DNA of 64,000 nucleotides from Eledone cirrhosa (Eukaryota). Where the stretch lies: assembly GCA_964016885.1 (NCBI GenBank), contig OZ024743.1:228408001-228472000 (forward strand). Direction: 5' to 3'. This document shows positions 26,533-41,581 of this stretch, one piece after another. The notes under the pieces are model-generated. The model saw only the letters and a program-made list of their open reading frames with translations. It did not search any database and was not told where the DNA came from. Every line of letters starts with the position of its first letter. The first letter of the stretch is position 1. A program made the translations under genes and the position numbers.

Positions 26533-27237
26533 TGATGACACACAAAGTATCAAAGATATATAATAGTGTATATATCTAACAAAGGCTATTCATAGATTTG
26601 TATTGAAATATTGAATGACCAAAGGCAGCTATGTAGCAGAATCATTAGAACATCAGATACAATGGCTTTTGATATTTGTATTGGCCCTCTGTATCCTGAG
26701 TTCAAATTTCACCAATGTCAACTTTGCTTTCATTTTTTTCAAGGTTGATAAATAAGTACCAATCCACTACTTGGGCCGAATCTTCTACATTTCTTTCTCA
26801 CTTCTCTTTCTCTATTTCCTCACAGAAGGAAATTGTCTGTGTTTAGACATGGAGAGGAATGGCTTTGTCAGTTTAGTAATGATGAACCCCCACTACAGAT
26901 ACATCAATAATTAAGGGCCCATGGATGGGTTGAATGAGCCAGTTGTATAATGCCAACATTTTTGCTCACACACACACACACACACATGAACAAACAAACT
27001 ATTTCTATACATATTAGTTTCATTTCTTCACACTGCCTCTGATTGCCCCTCAGGTGTATTTAAGAGAAAGCAATTGGAATGATGATGTGTATGTTGATGG
27101 CAATGATAATGAAATATGTATGTTTTTGGATGTGTGTATCATTTACTTCTTCCTAAGTGTGATACTAATAACACTGTGGTTCTGCACTTGCAAGTAGGGA
27201 AAAGCGGACGTATGATGATGATGATGATATATATATA

Positions 27238-27606
<369 letters not shown>

Positions 27607-29747
27607 ATGTGAGCGTGTCTACATATATATATATATTGTGTGTGTGTGTGTGTGTGATTGTGTGTCTAATACAGGGTATATTTCTTTTCTTAACTTTATC
27701 CACCACCAAACCCACTCACCACTTTTTTCTAATGAGAATCTTTGTTTTATTTTATTTTATTTTATTTTGAATGTCTGATAAATTCTCTGATAATAGAGCT
27801 TTATCTTATCTTGTGTCTGTTGGGAGGTCTGCAGTCATATACTAAATATATATGGGCTGTATGTGGTAAATAACTGCAGTGTGTGGTTTTGAGTATGTTT
27901 ATGTGTGTTTGAGTGTAATAAATAGTTGACATGTGTGTGTGTGTGCTTGTGTGCATGTGTGAATAATAAGTACCTATGATGTGTGTGTGTGTGTGTGTGA
28001 ATGATAAGTAGCTATGATGTGTGTTTATGCATGTGTATGTGTTTTTTTTATAAGAAAGTTGGTGTTGTGTTGTGTGCGTGTGTGTGTGTGGTAAGTTGCT
28101 CTTTGTGTATATCAGTCTGTTTATAAGAATGTTAGTGCAGCTATGTATGTGTATGTAGTTATGCATATAAGAAGGTATAGATACCAGAATATAAAGTATT
28201 TGTAAAAATAAATAAATATTTTTGTAGTTCTTGTCTTTTCTTTCCTTTGACTTTGCAGCCAAACTTCAGTTATTCAGATTCGGGATCGTCCAACAAACAA
28301 GATTTCAAGACCCCCTAGTATGATACTGATGTTAGCATGGGTTGGAAAAATCTTCACAGATCAAGTCAGCATTTTGTTAGACTTACTGTCCTCCCTGGGG
28401 CCCAGATTTCCTTCCATATACTTCAGTTTGGGGCTTCTCTAGTTTCCATTTATCAAATTTCTCTCACAAGATATTGGTTGACCCAAGGCTATAGTAAATG
28501 ACACTTGCCCTAGGTGCTACAGAGTGGGTCTGAACACAGAATCACAGGACAGTGAAGCAAACATTTTAACTATACTGTCACTCCAGCACATATATTATCT
28601 ATTTTTGTTTTATTTTCTTTGTAGTATACTTATTAGATTTTTCCATTATTTGCCTCATTCTTTTGTAACAACCATAACACATACATACACAAGAGAGGTA
28701 CAATATTTATACTAATTATATATACTTACAAATGTATAATTACTATTGACGAGTAAGAAAAGAAGCAATAATTATGGATGTATGTGGGAGGTGTGATGGA
28801 AGACTGTCTTTATATACATACACACACACACACATATATATATATATACACACAAAATCATTTGTGTAAAGGCATTTATAAAGATATAAGCTCATACATA
28901 TACAGGCCAAAAATAGATAAATCTTTTCTTTTACTTCTGGTCAACTCCCTACTGGTAGTGGGAGATTTTGTTGTTGTTGTTAAACAGAGAGGCTGGATAT
29001 CAACAAAACAGTTGTGGATCAGTAGTTGATAAAGGCCACTGCACATTCTAAATAGACAGTCAGCCAAATTAACCACAGGATTTCCTTCACACCCTGCTCT
29101 TTTCTTATACTAAAATGCTCCTCTATTTTACTTGTTTTATTTGTTGATTGTATTTAATTTGTTTCAGATTTGTGCTGTTGCTGTTTGTTATGTTGTGGTG
29201 TTGTTGCATATTTTATTTTTGAAGTGGGGGAAGATCTTTTGAACTTGTTCACTTTGACAGTATCAATGAGAGAGCAGCTGGTTCATTTACCATTCAATTG
29301 GTTTGTGTTTTAGTATAAAAGACTTGAAGCACACACAGACACACAGAAGACATACAGTGTAAAGTAAGACAGGGTGGTAGGGTGGAGGTAAGTGAATAAC
29401 ATACATGTTTCATGTCATGGACTGTCAGAGCTTGTTTGAGAAGGCCAGGTGCATATGGTATATGTCCAACATTATTTGTAAACAGAACTGAAGTGGAGTG
29501 TAGTTAGATATGGTATTAAGCTTTGACGGATCATAAGATTTTGTCTAGTCATGTGTTATAATTTATTCTTAGACAAGATACTTAGCTCTAGATGTTTCAT
29601 CAGTTAAAATATGGTGTATGGGTAAGAAACAAGCTAAATGATTAAATGAGTTATAGTAAATTCTATTATTAATATATTCCTAATGAATCATTTTCAAATA
29701 CTCTTTCCAATTATCAAGAACTTGCAGAGGTTTTGTACTATAAATAA

Positions 29748-29925
29748 CTGTTTCTACTTTTAGCACAAGGCCAGCAATTACCCAGTACATTACTGGTACG
29801 TTATTTTATCGACCCCGTAAGGATGAAAGGCAAAGTGAACCTCGGCGGGATTTGAACTCAGACTGTAAAGGGACGTAACTATGCTGGAAAGCATGGTGTC
29901 CGACTCTCTACCGATACTGCCAATC
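29748..29925 (-). mobile_element. SINE family B, back-to-back with a partial plus-strand copy at ~29950-30100
   Basis: Reverse complement of the 22281 and 36559 copies. Confidence 0.85.
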
Positions 29926-30813
29926 CAAACATTCTCATTATTGGTGAGGGCAGTAGATTGGCAGTATCGGTAGAATCTCAGACAACATGCTTTGCAGTAT
30001 ATAGTTACATCCATTTATATTCTGAGTTTAATTCTCGACAGGGATCAATTTAATCAATTTTCCTCTAAAAACTGTTGGCCTTATGCCTAAATCAGAAACT
30101 ATTATTAATTAGGTGTTATGAAGGAATGTTTTTAGATAAATATAAACATGTTATGTATCATAAAACCAGTGCAATTCCAGGTATTTTGGTATCAAAACGG
30201 TTGATAATATAACTTTTTTGACTAATTTCCCCTTATCGTTGACTGGTAGCACAAAATACAATAAGTTGCAGCAATTGTGACTGAAGAGGATACACAGAGG
30301 GCAAGAGTCATAGATGAGGTTATAGAATGTGATGAAAGGACTTTGACAATTAATTAGTTGATTAACCATAAGATTGATGTATTAATTATCTAATTATTAA
30401 TAACACAGAATTGAAACTCATCTGGTGCATGTGTTTTATGTGGCAGTATGACTCACCCAAAATGCAACAATATCTGTTTCATCACACGATTTAACATCAA
30501 AACAATGTACAAAAACATTGATTTGTGTGTAAAACTATCAAACACCATTCTTGCTACAAGATATTTTCAATATGGAAGCACTGAATGGCATTTGAAAGAT
30601 ATCAATAGAATCAAAGAGCTGATTTGTGAGGTTAGCAATCAAATGTGCACATACAGTTTATATATTTCAAATGTATAACAAACAAACATTGTGTTTAGAG
30701 AAATATAATTTAAAATGTTTGTATAACCTCAGATTTATAAAACGTAAAAAAATAATATTGTATGATGTGCTTTCTTTAGAGCTTGTGTTAAAAAAGTCAG
30801 TGGAGAGAATTAA

Positions 30814-31049
30814 TCCTTTTGATATCCAAATGACTGAAACAGCCCTTAGTTCTATGATACAAAACTATGTTTTAAAGAGTTCATATTTAAATTTAAATTT
30901 TCCATTATGTAAGAAATTTTGTTAAGTTATATTTCAAACAATAGCTTAATAATGAGAAACTTAGTTATATTATTAAATCTTTCCAGATAGTGTATTATTT
31001 TCAGAATTAATTGAAACTGTATTTCATTAGAAATATAGTAACAAAAGGG
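30814..31049 (+). mobile_element. piggyBac-like MITE, family 1
   Basis: TTAA|TCCTTTTGATATCC ... GTAACAAAAGGG|CTAA. Confidence 0.65.
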
Positions 31050-32150
31050 CTAACTAGAACTAGAAAATAGGATCAGGTTAACAATTTACATAAATTCTAC
31101 AGTGCTTAGGTTGTGAACTGAAATAGTTGTTATTGCATTGGATTAAATGTGTCAGAATTAGTTCTGGCTCACTTTACTTTGAGTTCAAATCCTGTTGAGA
31201 GCAACTTTGCTTTTCAACCTTTCTGGGCCAACAAATATAAAGGGGTGCTTGAATAGTCAGAGTTGTTAAGGAGTCAGAAGAGACGTTTTATGGTGTCAGA
31301 TCTGGCTCTGCATTCTGAGTTCAAATCCAGCATCCTCAGATTTTATCAGCAATAGACCAGGAGAAACATACTTTCTTCACTCTGATCTCACAATCAGTAC
31401 AATTCCTTTCATGTCATTTTTTACCAAAATTTGTTAAAAAAAAAAGAAATGTCCAGCCATGTGACTCAGAGGTAAACCGAAGTGAACTGCTCAATTGGCA
31501 TAGCACTCATAATTGAGGAAAGAAATCAAAGAGAGATTCATGCCTAAACATCTTCCCAGAAGATTTGCAGTCAAAAAAGTAAAGGAAAGGTTGTAAAAAT
31601 ATATATATAAAACGGTAAAAAAAATATCCCCTCACAAAAAAAAAACATTCCAGATTTATGAAGGCAAATTTACATGATCAAAGGAACAATACATGACCAT
31701 GAACCCTCAAAAGAAGTAAAGGGTTTAAATGCTGCCATTATTTAGTGCTGAAACATAAAACCTTGCCTCATACATTTGATTTAGTAGCCGCTGTAACAAT
31801 GACAATAAGAATAGGAGAAAAAAAGCTTTAAAGAACATTACAAAGCTACTACTATGTACACCTATCTGGTTAAGTACTGAACATTGACCAATAAATCAGT
31901 ACTCAATGTTCTCTTTGGCAGCAATGTTTCAAGCTATCAACATGCAACTACTGGAGATAACAACAACAGCAACAAAAACAAGAGACATTCAAGCACAGAA
32001 GCTGTCAGGAGACTTATCATCACTGTGATATGTCCAATGGAATGGGCAATGATTTCAGGTTGATTAACAGAGTCATTTATATATATAAGTGTGTGTGTGT
32101 GTGTAGGTTGAACCCTTGCTAGCAGGGAAACCAGCAGTTAAATAATTATG

Positions 32151-32218
<68 letters not shown>

Positions 32219-32519
32219 TACATGTATTAAATACCTGTGTACTTAAAATATTCAAACATTAAGTGTACCACCACTTAATATATGTAAGTTGTGTGTAAGA
32301 TTCATTGAAGAGAAAAGTCGCAGTGGCTTCGAAGTTTCAGTGATTGCTTCTTCTTTTGATGTGTGTGTGTGTGTGTCTGTGTGTGTGTGTATATATATTT
32401 ACATATATGCATATATATACACACACACACACACACATATATACAGTATATACATATGTGTATATATATATAATATGTATATATTGTATATACACATATA
32501 TACAGTATATACCTATAAA

Positions 32520-32569
<50 letters not shown>

Positions 32570-33059
32570 TAATCACACAAATTAATCAACAATAATCTAA
32601 CAGCAAACAAATAAAAAATAGCAACAAAAAATAAAACTGAATAAGAAATACATAAAACAAATAGCATAAGAAAACAAAATATGACAAGGTAAAGAGAGAG
32701 AAAGTAAAAACCAACAACAACATCAACAATAAAATCAAACATTACGCGACGATGGAGATAGAGTTGAAAATTAAATAAAATTGAAATACTTTTGAAGTAA
32801 TTGAATTGAGAGTGGCGTAAAGTGTTAAATATAATTATTGATGTGCAAATCAATATATAAGAGAGGAGGTCTTGGCTGTAACTAACTGTTGCTGGCTCGC
32901 TTTTGATATGTTACAAAGTACAGTGTGCAGTTTGCTGTGTGCAATGTGTAATGCATAATATGCAACTAATGATTAAGAAGATGCAGAGAGGAAGAAAATA
33001 TGTCTGTGTGATGTGTGCATTGTGTTGTGTGTGGTGCATGTCTGTTGAAGTTAACAGGC

Positions 33060-33095
<36 letters not shown>

Positions 33096-33233
33096 GTATA
33101 TATGTATATATATGTATATATGTATATATGCATATATACATACATATACACATATATGTATGTATGTCTATATCTATATATACATACATACACGCTCTCA
33201 TACATACATGCCCCCCCCCCCCCCCCATACATG

Positions 33234-33264
<31 letters not shown>

Positions 33265-33335
33265 CTTTTACGTTTTCATCCCTTTGTTGAAAACATAAAA
33301 AATATATTAAGAAATGCTAAAAATAAAAAGGAAAG

Positions 33336-33338
<3 letters not shown>

Positions 33339-33419
<81 letters not shown>
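33339..33419. repeat. (GA)n microsatellite
   Basis: Pure AG repeat. Confidence 0.95.
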
Positions 33420-33422
<3 letters not shown>

Positions 33423-33831
33423 GAAAGAATGGAAAGGAAACAATCAGACTTTTGTTTTGGTATCTTTCTCAGTTTCATGGTCTTAATTTAACAATTTGCT
33501 ACAATAAAATCTGCATTGACTTTTATGTAGAAAACTAATAGAAGAGCAATAAAACTCTCTCTTTTTTCTTTTCCTTATTTTTTAGCTTTCTTATATTTTT
33601 CAATTTTATTTTATTCTTTGTTTCTCCTCTTCATTTTCCTGTTTTGCTTTTCTTTGGTTTAGTTTTTATTTCTCTCTTGTTTTATCTTTAAAAAAAATAA
33701 TCGATTCTATTGGAAAAATATATGCAGAAGTTTTGTAAAGAAGAGAGAATGTACCGATGTTATGGTGACTAGGTAACCATAGTGAATGATTTAATGATAC
33801 TTAGTTAGATTTAGATATCTTTGATGGTGGT

Positions 33832-34144
33832 GAAGAAGAAGAAGAAGAAGAAGAAGAAGAAGAAGAAGAAGAAGAAGAAGAAGAAGAAGAAGAAGAAAGA
33901 AGGAAAAAGAAGGAAAAAGAAGAAGAAGAAGAAGAAGAAGAAGAAGAAGAAGAAGAAGAAGAAGAAGAAGAAAGAAGGAAAAGAAGAAAGAAGAAGAAAG
34001 AAGGAAAAGAAGAAGAAGAAGAAGAAGAAGAAGAAGAAGAAGAAGAAGAAAGAAGGAAAAGAAGAAAGAAGAAGAAAGAAGGAAAAGAAGAAGAAGAAGA
34101 AGAAGAAGAAGAAGAAGAAGAAGAAGAAGAAGAAGAAGAAGAAG
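33832..34144. repeat. Compound (GAA)n polypurine tract with repeated AAAGAAGGAAAA interruptions
   Basis: About 310 bp of purines only; explains the poly-K, poly-F and poly-S ORFs. Confidence 0.95.
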
Positions 34145-34320
34145 CTCTCAAGAGGTGTTGGATGAGTGACCATCACCATATAAGGAAAATATTCATTGCT
34201 GTTTGGATTTGTCTTTATGATGATGATGTTTGTTTGGGTAAAACATAAATATAGGTTTTAAAAGTAATGAATAACCAGAGAGAGAGAGAGATAGGTGGGT
34301 TGAATGGATGGCTATATAGA

Positions 34321-34431
<111 letters not shown>

Positions 34432-34840
34432 GCAGACAGATGGATGGAATGATAAACAGATAGACAGATAGGTAAAGAGAGAGGAGGTGTGTAGTTGGTA
34501 GATAACCATGTGGTTGTGGCAGCAGTGAAACATTGCTGTTCAGTGAGCATGCAGAGAGATTATAAATTTGTTGAGAGTTACCAGATAGATGAAAGGGGAA
34601 ACATATGGGAGAAAATTATGTTACAACAAGGAAAGGAGAATTTCATGACAATGAGGAGGAGAGCCTTATGATGAGAAGAGCAGAATCATATAATAGGAGA
34701 GGTAAATCTTATGATGATGAAAGGAGAATTTTATCATAAAGGGAGGAGAGTCCTGTGATGGAGACATGAGAATAGACAGGAGAATCCTATGACTAGAGCA
34801 GAAACATTTGATGATAAGGAGAATCTTATGTGTGGCATTC

Positions 34841-35090
34841 TACTTGTATGATAGGTGACTACACCTAGGGTTTTATTGTAGCTGTATGACTGGTGGCCAT
34901 ACTGATCGCTATAACTGGTGTTGTACTTATCTGACTGGTGACTACATCTAGCGATGTACCTCTATGACAGGTGACTACATCTGGTATTTTACCTGTATGG
35001 CAGGTGACCACACATAATGCTGTATTGTACACGTATGATAGGTGATTATTAAATCATACCTATAAGAAAGGTGACCACATCTAATACATA
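34841..35090. repeat. Degenerate ~28-35-bp minisatellite (TACCTGTATGACAGGTGACYACATCT-like)
   Basis: Recurring ATGAYAGGTGACYAC motif. Confidence 0.65.
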
Positions 35091-36558
35091 TATAAATGGC
35101 ACTTATTTTGATAACACCACCTATTGGTATAGATAAAGCTACCAATATCGTATGATACCGTTTCAGGACATGCCTTAAAAAATGTGCAAACACAAGACAA
35201 AGTGATCATAGCATTGCCTATAAAAGTAAACCTAGCAAACCCTGCTTTTAAGATATTTGGTTTTAACTTTGAAAATCACACAGATGTCTTCTAAATGATG
35301 ATAAATCTCTCCTCTTTCATGATAGTCATTTCCTACCTCTTCCTTCCTTAATTTATGCATAAAAGAGGGACAGATATATAGAGAAGGCAAGACTGAAATA
35401 AACACCTACACATACATTCACAAACACACACGTGCAAAATCATTTGTCTTGCCAATTCAATGCCAAATAAATTCTTGAGCCTATTGAATGAAGAAAGCTG
35501 ACAAGTAGAGATTATGTCGAAGTGGAGACGGAACATGGAAAATGCAAAGTGAAACCTGCCGATAGATAAATCTGTAATCGCTCTCTTGAGCCAATGGATA
35601 ATCAAAATAAAATCAATACATTCAATGGCAGCAGTATTTCATCAGAGATTTTAGTTAGGAATCAGTGAACATCTTTACTAAGGCTACTAACAGCTAATCT
35701 GTTTGACAGGTTGAGCAGTGCTGGTGGTGGTGGCAGTGTTGATCATGTCGTTGTTAGTTGTGATGGTGGTGGTGTTATAGGTAGTGGTGGTGGTGGTAGT
35801 AATGATGCATGATGAAGGAGAAGGAGGAAAACATACTTTCTTCCTCTTTTAAAGAGAACTGTTAGGAAGCAAGAGGTGTATATCTGTTTCTGGCACATTG
35901 AATGGCCAATGCAAGAGGGGGAGTTGATTCTAAGTAGCCAGGAGAGCGAAGAAAGAATATGGTAAATAGTAAGCGGTGACAGCAAAATGAAGCTGATTCT
36001 GAATCCTTTAATGGCATTCAGATTAAGAAAACCAGGTAAAATGATTTTTCATTATTGTTTTTGTCCATTTTCTTAAAAAATTTCCCATATGAGGATGGAT
36101 AAAGCAACAGCTTTCTTAATGATTTTGTTACCATATTTCTAAAAAAACAAAAACAAAAACAAAAAAAAACATAATGCTAGTAGGTTTCATATAATCTTCA
36201 AAATATTGAAGAATTTGGTGGGATTTAACTAACTTACTCATTATTTATCTGGTGTTGGAATATAATTTAACAAAGATTCTTATACAGAATTATGATGGGA
36301 GGTTTTTATATAAATATAAACTCTTTAAAACCAACAGATTTGTATCTTAAAACCAAGGTTAGTTTCGGGCAGTTTGGAATCAAAGAGGTTAATGGCAGTA
36401 AAAAGCTGTTTGTATGTCAGATTAAATGCCTTAGTATTTGTTTTGCTTGCTCCGATCATATTTCAAATCCTGCTGGAGTCACATAAATAAAGTATCAGAC
36501 CAGAGGCAATGGATTAACAGAATTGTTAATGAGTTAGGCAGGATGCTGTGCATTATTT

Positions 36559-36742
36559 GCGGTGAATTGGCAGTATCGGTAGAGGGTAGGATATGCTTTC
36601 CAGCATAGTTACATCCCTTTACGATCTGAGTTCAATTCCCGCCGAGGTTTACTTTGCCTTTCATCCTTACGGGGTCGATAAAATAAAGTACCAGTAATGT
36701 ACTGGGATAATTGCTGGCCTTGTGCCAAAAGTAGAAACAATT
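36559..36742 (+). mobile_element. SINE family B
   Basis: Very similar to 22281-22462. Confidence 0.85.
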
Positions 36743-39569
36743 ATTTGATCTGGTTATGTGCATTCTGAATTCAAACCCTACCACCTTCTATCAAGAGTTA
36801 TAACCAGCGGATAATGTACACAACAGAAACAACAGTGGAAATGCAATGTCTTTGGTCCTCAATACAATTCTAACTACACAAATAGCATACACATACCATA
36901 AACATGTGATGTATGATGTAAAGATCTACTGGTCAATCTTCATGATTGAAATTGTAGTTAAGAAATCCATTACAATGGTGGCAAAGAAAGATCTGCATAA
37001 AGTACATCTACCTACAATAAGAGGCAATAACACATAAACCAACAACACTGCACATTCTAAAGATGAAACTGTAAAGGTCTAGAAACATTGATTAAAGTAT
37101 GGATTTAGGAATGTTGTTGCAAACGAGCTGCAAATGATTTATATTGAAAATATAAGAAATGTAATAAAAAAGTGAAAATTTGAACACACACACACCGCAA
37201 TGCACTGATAAATAGCTCTTCAAAGCCAAGCATATAGAATAGCTACATGCAACAAATTTCAATGACATTATTCTAGTATATTTTCAGCAATCACTGGTAA
37301 AATTCTTATTTGCTTTGTGTCAGAATGTCAAAGTTGAACTGCATATTTCAACTGGAAGCCAGTCACCATGTATAATATTATGAGAAACAGATGCTGTCAT
37401 ATGTGATTACTGGAAAACTAAGGAGAAGTAGTGGGGAAAGGCAGGGGAAGTGGGTAAAAAGGAGAGAAGGAAAAAGACAAGAAACCTGATAATAGAGCAA
37501 TTAATTTATACTTTAAATAAGGTTTGTATCATCTTCGATAATACATGTGATAGAAGATAATGTCTAACTGATGTTAACTGGGAGGGAAAAGAGGTTACAA
37601 TTATATCATTATTGCTCTTGAAAACTAAAAGGTTGTAAGCAAAACACTTATATCCATCCATTAATAAATGTTCAATTTACCCCCCATCACCATCACCACA
37701 TTTTCTCGCTCTGAAATTATGATTGTAATGGAGCAAAATTAAGCATATACATATTATATATTTTAGCTTTTATAACAATTTTAGTTAACCACCTTCCATC
37801 ACTACCAACAACAACAACACCAATAACAACACTAACACTACTACCACCAACAACAACACTGCCAACAGAAAGGCCAACACTATCATCATCATGATCATCA
37901 TGATCATTATCACAATGAAAGAATTAGAACCACCCCACTCCCCCAAAAAGATATAAAACTAAAAAACTGCCAAAAGAGAGAAAATTGGAAAAAACAAACA
38001 AACAGAAAAAGGAACTAAAAACATTACAGAATATATAATAAATTTATAGGATACAAAAAACCAAAAACAACAATAACAACAATTTCAACAGCAAAGAGAA
38101 CCCATAAAAAAACAAAGACAAATAAATGAATAACGTACTTAATACATCTATATGATAAAAAGTAGGACTAATTTGTCTTGAAACTGGGCAATGTAGGTTA
38201 AAAAACAGTTAAAAAAAGATTAACACAAAACACCAACTACAACAACAACAATAATAATAATAATAATGCTAATAATAATAATGGCGTTAATGATAAGGAA
38301 ATAAAACAAGTATTAGAACAACACTCAACAACAATAAAAACAAAGAAATAAAATAAAAGCCTGGAGTTAACCAAAGGCAATTCTGCTGTGTTCTGCGTAA
38401 TGATTTGCAATGCTTAATACACAGTTAATCATTAAATTATCGGCCATTTTGATTGGAAGATATCGAAGGGAGGGCTTTTAGCAAGGAACATATTGCTTTG
38501 TTTAATTAAATTCTTGGCTTAGTATATAAAATCCGTCACATAATCAAGTGCTATATAAATGATATGCTGCCACATTTTTCTCTGGTTAACTTACACACTT
38601 CATCATCATTATATTTCATACATATGTATGTATGTTTGTATGTATGTAATATGTATGCATGTATCTATGCATGCATGATTGTGTTCATGTGCTATGTATT
38701 ATGTATGTGTGTGTGTATACATATGTATGTGTGTTTATATATATATGCATGTGTGTGTGTGTGGCTGTATGTATATATATTCTTATATGTACAGTCATCT
38801 ATTTTATCTAATAATAATCTACAGTATTCTCTCCATCCATCCCACTCTCTCTTTCTCTAATCACCTCTCTCACGACAGTCTTTCTCTGTCCATTTTGCTA
38901 TCAACCTCTCTATCTTTCTCTCTGATTGTGTGTGTGAATATATTTCTCTCTATATTTCATTTCTCAATCTATTTTGTGTGTGCATGCCTGTTTCCACCAC
39001 TCTCTATCAAAGTATATGTCTAACTATCAATCTACCTGTTTATCTATTTATCTATATATTTATCCATCTATCTATATATCTATCCATCTATCTATATATC
39101 CAGCCAGCCATCTGTCTGTCCACACAGCAATTGAACTATCTGCTTCTCTATATATCACTCTATATAAATATGTGTGTATGTGTGTATGTGTGTACCACAA
39201 ATCATTCATTACACTATGTCTCAGTAACCATTTCTCCATCAACATATCCCTCTCTCCTTTTTCTGCTTCTTTCTGTTGATACGGTCTTTCTTATTTCGTT
39301 TTACTATCAACCCCTCTATCTTTCTATTTATATCCCTACCCAACGACCTAGCAATCCATCTTTCCATCTCTCCCTCTAAATATCTATGCTTTTGTGGTGT
39401 GTGTACATGCATACATATGCATACACACTTACACACATAGAAACATACATACAAATATGCACACAGACCATAACTCATTTTCTACAGTGGTTGGCCTGAA
39501 TGCCACCAGATAGATCTGCAACAGTGTGTGTTTGATCTACGGGATAGATGTGAAGACAGGAAGACATAG

Positions 39570-41490
39570 ACACTTAGAGGCATGGAGACAGGAAGGCATG
39601 AGGACATGGAGACATGAGGACATAGAGACATATGGAAACAGGAAGATATGAACACATAGAGGACATAAAGATATGAGAACATGAGGACATGAGGACATGA
39701 TGACATGAGGACATGATGACATGGAGACATGAGGACGTGGAGACACGAGGACATGATGACATGATGACATGAGGACATGATGACATGGAGACATGAGGAC
39801 ATGGAGACATGAGGACATGAAGACATGGATACATGAGGACATGAGGACATGATGGCATGGAGACATGAGGACATGATGACATGGAGACATGATGGCATGG
39901 AGACATGAGGACATGATGACATGGAGACATGAGGACATGGAGACATGAGGACATGAAGACATGGATACATGAGGACATGATGGCATGGAGACATGAGGAC
40001 GTGGAGACACGAGGACATGATGACATGAGGACATGATGACATGGAGACATGAGGACATGGAGACATGAGGACATGAAGACATGGATACATGAGGACATGA
40101 GGACATGATGGCATGGAGACATGAGGACATGATGACATGGAGACATGATGACATGATGACATGGAGACATGAGGACATGGAGACATGAGGACATGAAGAC
40201 ATGGATACATGAGGACATGATGGCATGGAGACATGAGGACATGATGACATGGAGACATGAGGACATGATGACATGGAGACATGATGACATGAGGACATGA
40301 TGACATGAAGACATGAGGACATGAGGACATGATGACATGAAGACATGAAGACATGATTACATGAAGACATGAAAACATGAAAACATGAGGACATGAAGAC
40401 ATGAGGACATGAAAACATGAGGACATGAAGACAGGAAGACAGGAAGGCATGAAGATATGATGACTTGATGACATGGAGACAGGAGGACATGAAGATATGA
40501 TGACATGGAGACATGAGGACATGATGACATGAAAACATGGAGACATGAAAACATGGAGACATGATGGCATGAAGACATGAAAACATGGAGACATGAAAAC
40601 ATGGAGACATGATGACATGATGGCATGATGACATGATGGCATGAAAACATGGAGACATGAAAACATGGAGACATGATGACATGAACACATGGAGACATGA
40701 AAACATGGAGACATGATGACATGGAGACATGAAAACATGGAGACATGATGGCATGACATGATGACATGAAGATATGAAGACGTGAAGACATGAAGATATA
40801 AAGACATGATGATATGAGGACGTGAAGACATGAAGATATAAAGACATGATGATATGAGGACGTGAAGACATGAAGATATAAAGACATGATGATATGAGGA
40901 CGTGAAGACATGAAGATATAAAGACATGATGATATGAGGACGTGAAGACATGAAGATATAAAGACATGATGATATGAGGACGTGAAGACATGAAGATATA
41001 AAGACATGATGATATGAGGACATGAAGATATGATGGTATGAAGACAGGAAGGCATGATGATATGATGACATGAGGGCATGAGAACTTGAGGACATGAGGA
41101 AATGATGATATGGAGACATGAGGACATGGAGACATGAGGACATGAGGAAATGAGGATATGGGGACATGGAGACATGAGGACATGGAGACATGAGGAAATG
41201 AGGATATGGTGACATGGAGACATTAGGAAATGAGGATATGGTGACATGGAGACATGAGGAAATGAGGACATGGTGACATGGAGACATGAGGATATGGAGA
41301 CATGAGGAAATGAGGACATGGTGACATGGAGACATGAGGATATGAAGACATGAGGAAATGAGGACATAGTGACATGGTGACATAGTGACATGGAGACATG
41401 AGGAAATGAGAATATGAGGACAAGAGAATATGCGGACATGGAGACATGAAAACATGGAAACACGAATATTTGAGGACATGGAAAAATGAC
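39570..41490. repeat. 8-bp satellite (ACATGAGG/ACATGGAG/ACATGATG/ACATGAAG/ACATGAAA variants) with 40-bp and 120-bp higher-order repeats
   Basis: CATG recurs every 8 bp. The 40-bp unit CGTGAAGACATGAAGATATAAAGACATGATGATATGAGGA is tandem at 40781-41020; a 120-bp register is visible at 39901, 40021 and 40141. Confidence 0.95.
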
Positions 41491-41536
41491 GATATGAAAC
41501 AGCAATAAGTCAATATAGTCCTGAAACAGTAATAAA

Positions 41537-41581
<45 letters not shown>

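Noticed and set aside
33801-34179. Poly-K, poly-F and poly-S ORFs
   Set aside because: Translation of the (GAA)n tract.
39482-41505. 665-, 548-, 382- and 254-aa ORFs as genes
   Set aside because: They overlap in all three minus frames of an 8-bp satellite whose complement lacks stops; there is no domain or splice context.
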